This document shows, piece after piece, positions 49,377-59,528 of a stretch of DNA of 64,000 bases; the first letter of the stretch is position 1, and every line of letters begins with the position of its first letter. This stretch comes from Candidatus Gastranaerophilales bacterium (lineage in GTDB: Bacteria; Cyanobacteriota; Vampirovibrionia; Gastranaerophilales; Gastranaerophilaceae): contig CANPYC010000005.1 in the NCBI GenBank assembly GCA_947587615.1, positions 12,853 to 76,852 on the forward strand, read 5' to 3'. The position numbers and the translations under genes are program-made. The notes beneath the pieces were generated by a model, which was given only the letters and a program-made list of their open reading frames with translations, was not told where the DNA came from and searched no databases.

Positions 49377-49700
49377 TAAAATTAAATTTATCATCTTGCT
49401 ATGATAAATATTGCTCTAATAAGCGCTTGTTAGGGTAATTTAATTATGCAAGCAAATATTAACTTAGAAAAGCTATGCTCTAATTTATATAAAACATAGC
49501 TTTTTATGGCGCCAACTTTAATAATTTTAATTTTATAAATTTTATATTTTATATATAAAAAAAGGGTGGGGATTACTTAGCTTCAACTTGAAATAAACAA
49601 ATTAGCTTTATAAATACTCTATTAAAGTTTTTCTTATTGCATATATAAACATAGTCAAATCAAGATGTTTTATAATTTTATAATAATTATAAGATATAAA

Positions 49701-49737
49701 AATTGTAATTATTATAATTGCTATAATAATTACAATT
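49701..49737 (-). terminator. 16-bp perfect AT-rich inverted repeat; weak candidate terminator for the 49805-50506 gene
   Basis: AATTGTAATTATTATA-attgc-TATAATAATTACAATT. The minus strand continues TTTATAT. Confidence 0.35.
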
Positions 49738-49804
49738 AAAAACCTATTATTATCCGAAACTTCATTTGTTTTTTAGTAAGCTTAACAAACGATATAAGGA
49801 TTAA

Positions 49805-50506
49805 CTATGCTTTTTTGTTTTTTGTATGATTCCAATAAAGGTTATGGTCAATATTTGAATTATTAACATTTCCCTTTATTCTTCCTTGAATTGTTTTGAG
49901 AGCCAAAACAGAAAGACCTGCAACACTTGCAACAAGGGCAGTAGCTTTATCAAGCTTTCTGCTTTCTTTTACAATTGTTTCACCTGCTTCCTGCACTGTT
50001 TGTTTTGTAACTGTTGTCAGATTTCTTTTGCAAAATTCATAAGGAACACTTAAAAAGTTTTTAGCATTTTCAAGAGGCGATTTTGTTATTAATGCAGGTA
50101 CCGCCTTAGCGCATTGTACTACGGTTGAACCAAACGACTTAGCTAAACCGCCTAATGTGCCAAGGATTTTTCCTTGAGCTTCTTTAGCCTTTTTACCTGC
50201 TACGCTTGTTACAATAAAAGCGCAAGTACCGCCAACTACACCTTTAGCAGCTCCAAAAGCGGTATCTTTAAAAATATTAAAGCTCTTTAATGTATTTATT
50301 AATCTTTTACCTAAAGGAAGCTTAGGTGCCTTTGTATCTTCTTGAATTTGAGGTTTTACAAATTCATCATTTGTTTCAGAAATTATATCTTGTGTTGCAT
50401 TTTGCTCATCAAAAGAAGCAGCTGGTGTCTGATTAAAAACAGCAAAGTTTTGTTCTTCGCCCGAGCCAAAATGAATATTTGAGTTTAATTTTAAAGGTTG
50501 AATCAT
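49805..50506 (-). CDS. hypothetical Gly/Ala/Lys-rich amphipathic protein (233 aa)
   Basis: ORF with SD AAAGGA. No motif recognised. Confidence 0.55.
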   Translation of the reverse strand: MIQPLKLNSNIHFGSGEEQNFAVFNQTPAASFDEQNATQDIISETNDEFVKPQIQEDTKAPKLPLGKRLINTLKSFNIFKDTAFGAAKGVVGGTCAFIVTSVAGKKAKEAQGKILGTLGGLAKSFGSTVVQCAKAVPALITKSPLENAKNFLSVPYEFCKRNLTTVTKQTVQEAGETIVKESRKLDKATALVASVAGLSVLALKTIQGRIKGNVNNSNIDHNLYWNHTKNKKA

Positions 50507-50623
50507 AACACACCGTCCTTTTATCTTTTAATAAACACCTAAATATTAAAAGTTGCGCTATAATCAAAATTTTATATTCTTATTTTACAAAAATTTACAT
50601 GAAAATGCAATTACATAAAAGAT

Positions 50624-51298
50624 TTAAAACATACTTTTTAACATCGGAATTATAATTGCACTCAATAATCCCGTTAAAATTAATGAAATTGTACTTGCAG
50701 CGGTCGCTTTATACATTTTCTTCTCTGCGCATGACGCAGTTCCTATAACATGACTGGCACAGCCCAGAGCAAGCCCTAATGCAGTTTGACTTTTTACTCT
50801 TAAAAATTTTAATATACTAAACCCGAACACTCCCCCGAATATTCCCGTTATTGCAACGATACAGGCAGTCAGCTCGCTAATTCCTCCGATACTTTTTGAT
50901 ATTTCAATTGCAATCGGCATTGTTGTTGATTTTGGCATTAAGCTCATAATAACGCTAAAATCAGCCTTAAAAAATTTAGCGCAAAAATATGTTGATATTA
51001 TTGCAACAAATACCCCGACAAAAATTGCGCCGTAAAGCGCTCTTTTGTTTTTTATTAATATTGTTGAATTTTTATACATGGGATAAGCGAGCGCAATTGT
51101 AGCGGGAGCAATAAAAGCCGATAAATATTTTGCCGATTGATAATAAGTTTGATAATCAATTTTAAAGAGCTTTAATATTATTATCAAAACAACTCCGACA
51201 CTTATAATAATCGGAATTTTAGAAATATATTTATTATTTTTCAATTTATTAAAAATTAAAAACAATATTAAAGTTGAAACCAAACCGAAATAATACAT
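50624..51298 (-). CDS. lrgB: LrgB-family membrane protein
   Basis: 224-aa polytopic ORF with MPKSTTMPIAIEIS, paired with lrgA by a 1-nt overlap. Confidence 0.85.
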   Translation of the reverse strand: MYYFGLVSTLILFLIFNKLKNNKYISKIPIIISVGVVLIIILKLFKIDYQTYYQSAKYLSAFIAPATIALAYPMYKNSTILIKNKRALYGAIFVGVFVAIISTYFCAKFFKADFSVIMSLMPKSTTMPIAIEISKSIGGISELTACIVAITGIFGGVFGFSILKFLRVKSQTALGLALGCASHVIGTASCAEKKMYKATAASTISLILTGLLSAIIIPMLKSMF

Positions 51299-51684
51299 TA
51301 TTTTTGACTCTTTCTGATATTGAACAGGCGTCTGAATTTAACAACATTTTCGACAATTAACCCTACACTTACCATAACAAGGGTTGTGGTTATAAAAATC
51401 GTAGCAATAATTGCGCTTAAATTCTTTGAAATTATATCATAATATGCAATTACCCCGGCAAAAAGAGGAATAAAAAAGAGTATCATATATTTTAAAATAA
51501 ATTCGCTAAAATCCTTTATCCAATCTTCTTTTATAATATTCAGCTTCAAAAGTAAAAACAAAACAATTATTCCTAAAACCGCAGCAGGAAAAGTTATATT
51601 TAATGCCCTTAAAATAATTGTGCATAAATATTGAATAATAAGAATTATTAAAGCCCCGACCATAAAATTTAAAATCTTTTTCAT
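51298..51684 (-). CDS. lrgA: CidA/LrgA holin-like protein
   Basis: 128-aa ORF with four predicted TM helices, immediately upstream of lrgB. Confidence 0.8.
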   Translation of the reverse strand: MKKILNFMVGALIILIIQYLCTIILRALNITFPAAVLGIIVLFLLLKLNIIKEDWIKDFSEFILKYMILFFIPLFAGVIAYYDIISKNLSAIIATIFITTTLVMVSVGLIVENVVKFRRLFNIRKSQK

Positions 51685-51727
51685 AAATTTATTATAATAC
51701 TTAAAAAATTTTTGCTATAATAAATCT

Positions 51728-53524
51728 ATGCAAAAACTGGAACTGCTTGCACCTGCTCAAAATTATAAATGTGCAATATCTGCAATAAACTCGGGAGCGG
51801 ACGCCGTATACATAGGCGCAAACGCTTTTGGAGCAAGGAATGCTGCAAAAAATTCATTGGAAGATATTGAAAAAATAATAAACTACGCTCATTTATTTAA
51901 TGTTAAAGTTTATGTAACCTTAAATACAATTTTAGATGATAATGAGCTTTTAGAATGTCAAAAAATTATTCAGAAGCTTTATGAAATTAAAGCGGATGCT
52001 GTTATTTTTCAAGATTTCGGGATTTTAGAGCTCTCAAACAAAGGTTTACTTCCTCCGATTGTGCTTCATGCCAGTACACAGTGCGACAATAGAAACGCCG
52101 AAAAAGTAAAATTTTTTGAAGATATAGGTATAAAAAGGGTAATTTTAGCACGTGAGCTCTCTATTGAAAAAATTGAAAACATAAGAAAAAATACTTCGCT
52201 TGAACTTGAACATTTTATCCATGGGGCGCTTTGCGTGAGCTATTCGGGTAATTGCTATATGTCCGAATATATCGGCTCAAGAAGCGCTAATCGGGGTTGC
52301 TGCGCTCAAGCTTGCAGAAAAAAATATTCTCTTATAAATAAAAAGGGTGAATATATAAAGAAAAATCTTCATCTTTTATCTCTAAAAGACAATAATCTCT
52401 CTAAACATCTTGATAAGCTTATCAGGGCGGGAATTACAAGCTTTAAAATCGAAGGAAGATTAAAAGATGAAAATTATATAAAAAATATTGTTCTATATTA
52501 TCATAATTTATTAAAAAATTACCCGAGAACCTCGTTTGGCTATATTAGCGCCGATTTTAGCCCAAACCCTTATAAATCTTTTAATCGCGGTTTTTGTGAT
52601 GACTATTTATTCAATAAAAAAGATAATATCTATAATTTCCTGACTCCAAAATCAACCGGTGAATACTTGGGAGTTGTTAAATCAACCTCCGACAGCTCAT
52701 TTATTCTTGATACAAAAGAACAAATAAACCCGCAAGACGGCTTGTGCTTTGAATATAGGGGAGAATTTTTCGGCTGTCTTGTAAATAAAGCGCAGGTTGT
52801 CAAAGGCGGAGTTAAAATTTACCCTAATAAAAAACTTAACTTAAAGGCGGGAGATAAAATATTCAGAAATATTGACACAAACTTTAATAAAACCCTTGAA
52901 AACTCAAAAACAACAAGAAAAACGGATATTGAGCTTACCATATCGGATAATTCAATTATCGCAATTAATGAAAATTCCATAAAAGCGCAAGTATTATTTG
53001 AGTTTAGCGAAGTTGCAAAAGATAAAGAAAAAATGAAACAAAATTATATTAAAGCGCTTTCAAAAACAACGGATACTCCCTATAACATTAAAAAAATAAA
53101 CTTTAAAACGCAAGAGCTTGCTTTTTTACCTGTTTCAAAAATTAATGAATTAAGAAGAAATTTACTTGATGAATTAAGCAAAAATATTTTATCAAGATAT
53201 AAAACAAAAAAGCAAAAGCCTGTAAATACGGTAAAATTTCCTCTTGATGAAGGGGATTATCGCTTAAATGTTCATAATTCAAAAGCTCTGGATTTTTATG
53301 AAAAATGCGGCTGCGAAGTTAGGGAAAGAAGTTTTGAATCAATTAAAGAGCGCTCAGGTAAAGAAATTATTGGTAAAGAACTCATGAGAACAAAACACTG
53401 TTTAAAAAGAGCCTGTCTAAACTGCAAAAATCAGGATGAATTATTTTTGGTTGATGAAAAAGGAGTCAAATTTCCTCTTGAATTTGACTGCAAAAATTGC
53501 GAAATGATTATATTATCGCCTTAA
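51728..53524 (+). CDS. peptidase U32 family protein with a C-terminal extension
   Basis: ELLAPAQNYKCAISAINSGADAVYIG and E..HGALCVSYSGNCY motifs. Confidence 0.85.
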   Translation: MQKLELLAPAQNYKCAISAINSGADAVYIGANAFGARNAAKNSLEDIEKIINYAHLFNVKVYVTLNTILDDNELLECQKIIQKLYEIKADAVIFQDFGILELSNKGLLPPIVLHASTQCDNRNAEKVKFFEDIGIKRVILARELSIEKIENIRKNTSLELEHFIHGALCVSYSGNCYMSEYIGSRSANRGCCAQACRKKYSLINKKGEYIKKNLHLLSLKDNNLSKHLDKLIRAGITSFKIEGRLKDENYIKNIVLYYHNLLKNYPRTSFGYISADFSPNPYKSFNRGFCDDYLFNKKDNIYNFLTPKSTGEYLGVVKSTSDSSFILDTKEQINPQDGLCFEYRGEFFGCLVNKAQVVKGGVKIYPNKKLNLKAGDKIFRNIDTNFNKTLENSKTTRKTDIELTISDNSIIAINENSIKAQVLFEFSEVAKDKEKMKQNYIKALSKTTDTPYNIKKINFKTQELAFLPVSKINELRRNLLDELSKNILSRYKTKKQKPVNTVKFPLDEGDYRLNVHNSKALDFYEKCGCEVRERSFESIKERSGKEIIGKELMRTKHCLKRACLNCKNQDELFLVDEKGVKFPLEFDCKNCEMIILSP

Positions 53525-53619
53525 AAATAAATACATAAAATAATATTTATTAATAAAAACTTGTTGCGGACGGTTTTTGATATAAAATTATACTATACTG
53601 AGATTTTTGGGAGAAAACC

Positions 53620-54957
53620 TTGCGCTTTAGTTTAGATGAAATCATAAATTGTTTGGATTGTGAAGTTTTATACAAACAGGAAAGTTATAATTCAAATGAA
53701 CTTTTTAACATTTCAACAGACACAAGAAAACTTCAAAAAGGTGATATTTACCTTCCTTTAAGAGGGGAGAATTTTGACGGACATAATTTTATCGATAAGG
53801 CGCTTGAAGCGGGTGCAAGCGGATACTTTACACAGGATAAATATAAAATCAATAAAAATGCAAAATTTATTTTATATGTTAAAAATTCACTTGTTGCATA
53901 CTTAAAACTTGCAAATTTTATAAGAAACAAGATTAACCCTTATGTAATAGCAATCACGGGTTCTTGCGGAAAAACAACAACCAAAGAAATGCTGTTTAGC
54001 GTTTTTTCAACTCAATTTAAAACCCATAAAACCGCCCTAAATCATAACAACGAAATCGGCTTATGCGAAACAATGTTCAATATGAGTGACGATTGCGAAG
54101 TTGCAATAGTTGAGATGGGAATGAGGAATTTGGGTGAAATCGAGCTTTTGTCAAACTATTCAAATCCCGATATGGGGATAATTTCAAGTGTTGGCTCAGC
54201 TCATGTTGAAAGGCTCGGGACTTTGAAAAATATTGCGATTGCGAAATGTGAAATTGCAACAAACCTCAAAAAAGAAGGGGTTTTTATAGGGGTTGATTGC
54301 CCTCAAATTAAAGAAAATTTAAAATATGACGGTAAAAAAATTTTTATAAATCCTTCGGAAGCTAAAAATATTCAAATATCGGCGGATTATACAAAATTTA
54401 ATTATAACGATGTTGAATATGAAATCACTCAACCGGGCGAATATAATGTGTCCAATGCGCTTTTGGTTATTCAAGCGGCGCTTTATAAAGGTATTGGTAC
54501 CGAAAACATTAAAAAAGGTTTGCTGAATTATAAACCGATTGAAAAAAGATGGGAAAAAACGGTTTATAAGAATTTAACCTTTATAAACGACAGCTATAAC
54601 GCTAATCCCGAGTCGATGAACGCCGTTTTGAAAACGTTTTTGTCTATTTATTCAAAACCGATTGTGCTTGTATTGGGCGATATGGGAGAACTCGGCAAGG
54701 ATGAAATCGCCTATCATAAACAGGTAGGGGAATTTTTATCAAACTACTCGGATATAAAACTCTTAACCGTCGGAACGCTTGCCCGTCATATTGCGAGAAA
54801 CACAACTCTTGAAAGCGTTGAATTTGAGAATAATAAGCAATGTGCAAAATATATTTTGGAAAACATTAAAGAAAACACGACAATTCTTCTCAAAGCCTCA
54901 AGAGCAATGAAATTTGAACAAATAATAGAAATTATACAGCAAGGCGGTTTATTATGA
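53620..54957 (+). CDS. murF: UDP-MurNAc-tripeptide--D-Ala-D-Ala ligase
   Basis: TTG start. DTRKLQKGDIYLPLRGENFDGH and ITGSCGKTTTKE motifs. Confidence 0.9.
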   Translation: MRFSLDEIINCLDCEVLYKQESYNSNELFNISTDTRKLQKGDIYLPLRGENFDGHNFIDKALEAGASGYFTQDKYKINKNAKFILYVKNSLVAYLKLANFIRNKINPYVIAITGSCGKTTTKEMLFSVFSTQFKTHKTALNHNNEIGLCETMFNMSDDCEVAIVEMGMRNLGEIELLSNYSNPDMGIISSVGSAHVERLGTLKNIAIAKCEIATNLKKEGVFIGVDCPQIKENLKYDGKKIFINPSEAKNIQISADYTKFNYNDVEYEITQPGEYNVSNALLVIQAALYKGIGTENIKKGLLNYKPIEKRWEKTVYKNLTFINDSYNANPESMNAVLKTFLSIYSKPIVLVLGDMGELGKDEIAYHKQVGEFLSNYSDIKLLTVGTLARHIARNTTLESVEFENNKQCAKYILENIKENTTILLKASRAMKFEQIIEIIQQGGLL

Positions 54958-55919
54958 TAATGATTGGCGTTGCGGGTCTTATAACTCTTATATTATGCTT
55001 ATTGTTCGGCATTCCCTATATTGACTTTATGAAAAAGAAAGCATACTCTCAATATATCAGAGAAGAAGTCTCAAAAATGCACGCATACAAAGAAAAAACA
55101 CCGACAACGGGCGGCATTTTTATCGTATCATCAATATTAATCGGCTCTCTTATAACTCTGTTTATGGCGCAGCAAACAACGACAAGGGCGGTTATTGTTT
55201 TAATGACTTTAATTTTCTACACTTTAACGGGTTTTGAAGATGACATCAAAAAAATTAAAGCTCATCATAACCTCGGACTTTCCGCAAAAGCAAAGTTAAT
55301 GCTTCAAATAGCGGTTGCCATGCTTCCCGCTTTTTATATAATTTTTTCCAACCAAACTCAAATAACTTTTTTGAATTTCAGTTTTAATTTAGGTTGGTTT
55401 TATCCTTTGTTTGTTGTTTTTATGATGGTCGGGGCTTCAAACGCCCTGAATTTAACCGACGGGCTGGACGGACTTGCCGCAAGCTCTTCTTTTATAGCAT
55501 TTTTCGCCTGCGCAATTATCTGTTTTTTGAATAATAATATTGACTTGGCAATTATCTCAATTGCAACAAGCGCTGCGTGTCTCGGGTTTTTATATTTCAA
55601 CAAGAAGCCCGCAAAAATCTTTATGGGTGACACGGGCAGTTTGGCTCTGGGCGGATTGCTTGCAACAATTGCAATTATGGGGAAGTTTGAACTGTGGCTG
55701 ATTCCTATTGCAATTATCTTTATTATAGAAACGCTATCAGTTATGATTCAGGTTACAAGCTATAAATTGACAGGCAAAAGGGTGTTTAAGATGAGCCCGA
55801 TACACCACCATTTTGAGCTTTGCGGTTGGAGTGAAAATAAAATCGTCATAGTATTTTCTTTAATTACTCTGATTGCTTGTTGCGTCAGTGTTTTGATTTA
55901 TTATTTTTTTAAGGCATAA
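54954..55919 (+). CDS. mraY: phospho-MurNAc-pentapeptide translocase
   Basis: Motifs NALNLTDGLDGLA, MGDTGSLALGG and PIHHHFE. ATGA overlap with murF. Confidence 0.95.
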   Translation: MIMIGVAGLITLILCLLFGIPYIDFMKKKAYSQYIREEVSKMHAYKEKTPTTGGIFIVSSILIGSLITLFMAQQTTTRAVIVLMTLIFYTLTGFEDDIKKIKAHHNLGLSAKAKLMLQIAVAMLPAFYIIFSNQTQITFLNFSFNLGWFYPLFVVFMMVGASNALNLTDGLDGLAASSSFIAFFACAIICFLNNNIDLAIISIATSAACLGFLYFNKKPAKIFMGDTGSLALGGLLATIAIMGKFELWLIPIAIIFIIETLSVMIQVTSYKLTGKRVFKMSPIHHHFELCGWSENKIVIVFSLITLIACCVSVLIYYFFKA

Positions 55920-55922
55920 ATT

Positions 55923-57272
55923 ATGAAAAAATTCACGGATTTAAAAGAAAAAAAAGTGTTAATTCTCGGTTTTTCTCTGACGGGAATTGCGGCTGCAAAA
56001 TATTTTCTAAAAAAAGGCGCTTTAGTTTATATTTCAGACAGTAACGAGCTTTCAGACAAATATAAAGATGAACTTGAAAACCTTTTAAATTCAGGTGCTA
56101 AAGTTGAATTCGCTAAGCACAGCGATAAATTTATAAATTCTTGCGATTTTTGTATTTTAAGTCCTTCAATTCCAACGGACGCTGAAATATTAAAAAGGCT
56201 CAAAGAAAAAAACATTCCCTATTTTTCTGATATTGAATATCTTTCTTTTGATGATAACGAAAAAATCGTTCTTGTTACGGGTACTAACGGAAAAACAACC
56301 ACAACCGCTTTAACTTCTCATATTCTCTCAAAGAAATTTAAAGCGCCTTATTGCGGAAATATAGGCGTAAGTCCTTTGGAATATAAAGATAAAAATATTG
56401 ACTACTATGTTGTTGAAGCAAGCTCTTATCAGCTTTATTATTCATCAAACTTAGCTCCAAAAATCGGCATATTTTGCAATTTAACTCCCGATCATATCTT
56501 ATGGCATAAAAGTATTGAAAATTATTTTGAAGCAAAAGCAAAACCCTTCAGGAATATGACTTCAAAAGACTTTGCAATTTTAAATTATGATGATGAATAT
56601 ACAAAAAAACTGGGTAGTGAAATACAAGCAAATGTTTACTACTTTTCATTGGAAAAACAAAATATCAAAAACTGTATATATTTAAATAACAATAAAATAA
56701 TGTTTGACAATAATGCGCTGATAGACATTAACGAGCTTCAAATTGTAGGACCTCACAATATTCAAAATGCAATGTGCGCAATATTGGCTTCTAAAATATT
56801 AAAAGTTGAAGATGAAAAAATTATAGAAGCGCTTAAAAGCTTTAAGGCAATTGAGCACAGGCTCGAATTTATCAGAACAATTGAAGATACGGACTACTAT
56901 AACGATTCAAAAGCAACAAACCCCGAAGCAAGCATAGTTGCAATTAACTCGTTTGAAAACAAAAAAGTTGTTTTAATCGCAGGGGGCAGAGATAAAAAAA
57001 CCTCCCTGAAAGACTTTATTGAAGCGGTTAAAAAGAAGATTTCAAAAGTAATACTGATTGGCGAAGCAACGCAACGATTTAAAGACGAATTATCGCAAAA
57101 CGGTTATATGAATATAGTAAATTCAAAAACACTTGAAGAAGCAATTGACATAGCTTCACTTGATAAACCGGATGTTGTTTTGCTATCCCCCGCATGTGCA
57201 AGCTTTGATATGTTTGAAAGCTATGAAAAAAGAGGAGAAGCATTCAGAAACTATGTATTATCAAAAAAATAG
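55923..57272 (+). CDS. murD: UDP-MurNAc-L-alanine--D-glutamate ligase
   Basis: VTGTNGKTTTTAL motif and gene position in the cluster. Confidence 0.92.
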   Translation: MKKFTDLKEKKVLILGFSLTGIAAAKYFLKKGALVYISDSNELSDKYKDELENLLNSGAKVEFAKHSDKFINSCDFCILSPSIPTDAEILKRLKEKNIPYFSDIEYLSFDDNEKIVLVTGTNGKTTTTALTSHILSKKFKAPYCGNIGVSPLEYKDKNIDYYVVEASSYQLYYSSNLAPKIGIFCNLTPDHILWHKSIENYFEAKAKPFRNMTSKDFAILNYDDEYTKKLGSEIQANVYYFSLEKQNIKNCIYLNNNKIMFDNNALIDINELQIVGPHNIQNAMCAILASKILKVEDEKIIEALKSFKAIEHRLEFIRTIEDTDYYNDSKATNPEASIVAINSFENKKVVLIAGGRDKKTSLKDFIEAVKKKISKVILIGEATQRFKDELSQNGYMNIVNSKTLEEAIDIASLDKPDVVLLSPACASFDMFESYEKRGEAFRNYVLSKK

Positions 57273-58404
57273 AACCCATGCTCATACCCATACAAATACT
57301 ACATACGCTCAAACTCCGCCTGACAATATTTTAATTGTTGCCGTTATTTTCATTGTTGTTTTTGGAATAATGGCGGTGTTCTCCGCTTCTGCCCCTAAAG
57401 CCATAGGGCTGGGTGAAAATCCGATGTCTTTTACCTTAAAACAGTTAATCTGGCTTGTTATGGGAATTTTTGGAGCTTTGTTTTTTTCAAACTTTGACTA
57501 CAGAAAGCTCAAACCCTTCTCGGGCGCTCTTGCAATATTTGTTTTAATTGCTCTTGCTGCTGTTCAGTTCTCTCCCTTCGGAGTTACGGTTAACGAAGCA
57601 AAAAGATGGCTTGTAATAGGTCCGATACAGTTTCAACCTTCGGAGATGGCAAAACCCGCACTTGTTCTATACTTTGCAACACTCTTTTCAAAAGATTGCA
57701 GAATAATCGACTCAAGCAAGTATGCTTTTTATGGAATATTTGCTGCAATGCTTTTATTAATATATATGCAGCCTAATCTTTCCATGATTGTTTTATTGCT
57801 TATGACTTCTCTTTCGATGTATTACATTGCGGGAGGTTCAATTAAAATAATTACAAGCCTTATTGCCCTTGGGGTATGCGTTTTGAGTTTAACAATTCGA
57901 GGGTACCAACTCCAGCGTATAAAAGTTTGGTGGAATCCCTTTTCTGACGCACTCGGAACGGGATATAACATTATTCAATCCATGGTTGCTTTTTCTTCGG
58001 GCGGATTTTTTGGTGTAGGTTTCGGAAACTCCAAGCAAAAGCTCTCCTGGCTTCCTGAAGGGCATACAGATTTTATCTTTGCCGTTATAGGTGAAGAATT
58101 TGGTTTTTTAGGGTGCTTTTTTCTTATTTGTTTATTCTGTATATTTTTGCATCGAGGTTTTATAGTGGCTAAAAAATGCCCTGATATGTTTGGCAAAATT
58201 TTAGCTGTCGGAATTACTTTTTCAATATGCTTTCAAGCATTTACCAATATGTCCGTTGCCAGCTCGTTTGTCCCCGCAACGGGTATTCCTCTGCCATTTA
58301 TAAGCTATGGCGGCTCAAGCCTGTTTGTGTCGCTTTGTATGATAGGGGTTTTAATCAATATCTCCAAAAAGAAAGTTCAAAGGATAGTCCACTATGTTCA
58401 ATAA
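57253..58404 (+). CDS. ftsW: SEDS-family peptidoglycan polymerase FtsW/SpoVE
   Basis: Polytopic ORF with PSEMAKP, LPEGHTDFIFAVIGEE and GIPLPFISYGGSS. I prefer the ATG at 57253, which overlaps murD by 20 nt, to the ORF-track start at 57160. Confidence 0.88.
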   Translation: MYYQKNRTHAHTHTNTTYAQTPPDNILIVAVIFIVVFGIMAVFSASAPKAIGLGENPMSFTLKQLIWLVMGIFGALFFSNFDYRKLKPFSGALAIFVLIALAAVQFSPFGVTVNEAKRWLVIGPIQFQPSEMAKPALVLYFATLFSKDCRIIDSSKYAFYGIFAAMLLLIYMQPNLSMIVLLLMTSLSMYYIAGGSIKIITSLIALGVCVLSLTIRGYQLQRIKVWWNPFSDALGTGYNIIQSMVAFSSGGFFGVGFGNSKQKLSWLPEGHTDFIFAVIGEEFGFLGCFFLICLFCIFLHRGFIVAKKCPDMFGKILAVGITFSICFQAFTNMSVASSFVPATGIPLPFISYGGSSLFVSLCMIGVLINISKKKVQRIVHYVQ

Positions 58405-59524
58405 AAATAAAGAAGACAAAAAAATAATATATTTCATAACGGGAGGCGGAACAGGAGGACATATATACCCCGCTGTTTCAATAATTGAATCTCTTTTGGA
58501 AAAACAAGCCGATAAAAATAATATTTACTATTTGGGCAATAAAAAAAATTTAGAATATGAAATTGCAAAAAAGAACGGATACAATTTTTTAAGCTATGCA
58601 GCTTCAGGCATGCCAAGAAAATTAAGCTTTAAATTTATCTGTTGGATGTTTGGTTTAATGTGTGCCACAATAAGCGCTCTTAAGTATGCTCTTAAGTATA
58701 AGCCGAGCGTAATTTTTGCAACGGGCGGTTATGTCTGCGCTCCGATATTATTTGCGGCTTTAGCGCTAAGAATACCCTTTGTTTTACATGACTGCGATAT
58801 TCAACCGGGTATTGTAACAAGATTTTTTGCCCCTTTTGCAAAAAGCGTTTCTCTAGCATTTAAGGAAGCTTCAAAATACGTTAAATCAAAAAATATTTCA
58901 ATAAACGGAAACCCCATAAGGAAAGAATTTAAAACAATCTCAAAAAAACAAGCAAGAGAAGAGTTGTCCCTTAAGGATGATTTTACAATTTTGATTATGG
59001 GCGGTTCCTTAGGTGCTAAAACAATAAATGACGCAAGTTTCAGAATTTTAAAAGAATACGCAAATAAAGAAAATATTACCATCATTTGGCAAACAGGGAA
59101 AAAGAATTTTGATAGTGTTACAAGGCAAATTCTTGATGAATTTTCAGAATTACCCGATAACCTTGTTCTACAGCCTTATTTTGATAAAATGTATCTTGCG
59201 CTGTTATCATCAGACCTTGTAATATCAAGAGCAGGCTCTTTAAGCTTGTCTGAAATCTGCGCAAGTTCTTTGAGTGCAATTTTAGTCCCTTATCCTTACG
59301 CAAGTCAAAATCACCAGAAGAAAAATGCGCAAAGTCTTGTTGAAAATAAAATTGCACTTATGCTTGAAGACAAAGACTGCACGGGTGAAACATTGTTTAA
59401 GATGGTTGAAGATTTAATGAACAACAAGGTATTGTTGTCAAATTTATCTTATAATGCTTATAAAGCAGCAAAATTAAACGCAACGGAAGAAATCACGGAA
59501 CAGATTAACAAGGCTGTCGGGTAA
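58394..59524 (+). CDS. murG: UDP-GlcNAc:lipid I GlcNAc transferase
   Basis: GGGTGGHIYPA motif, 376 aa. Confidence 0.92.
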   Translation: MFNKNKEDKKIIYFITGGGTGGHIYPAVSIIESLLEKQADKNNIYYLGNKKNLEYEIAKKNGYNFLSYAASGMPRKLSFKFICWMFGLMCATISALKYALKYKPSVIFATGGYVCAPILFAALALRIPFVLHDCDIQPGIVTRFFAPFAKSVSLAFKEASKYVKSKNISINGNPIRKEFKTISKKQAREELSLKDDFTILIMGGSLGAKTINDASFRILKEYANKENITIIWQTGKKNFDSVTRQILDEFSELPDNLVLQPYFDKMYLALLSSDLVISRAGSLSLSEICASSLSAILVPYPYASQNHQKKNAQSLVENKIALMLEDKDCTGETLFKMVEDLMNNKVLLSNLSYNAYKAAKLNATEEITEQINKAVG

Positions 59525-59528
59525 ATTT

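Noticed and set aside
57160-57252. An extended FtsW N-terminus from the ORF-track start at 57160, overlapping murD by 113 nt.
   Set aside because: The extension (MINRMLFCYPPHVQALICLKAMKKEEKHSET) is just the alternative frame of the murD 3' end. The ATG at 57253 gives a normal short overlap and a typical cytoplasmic N-tail before TM1.
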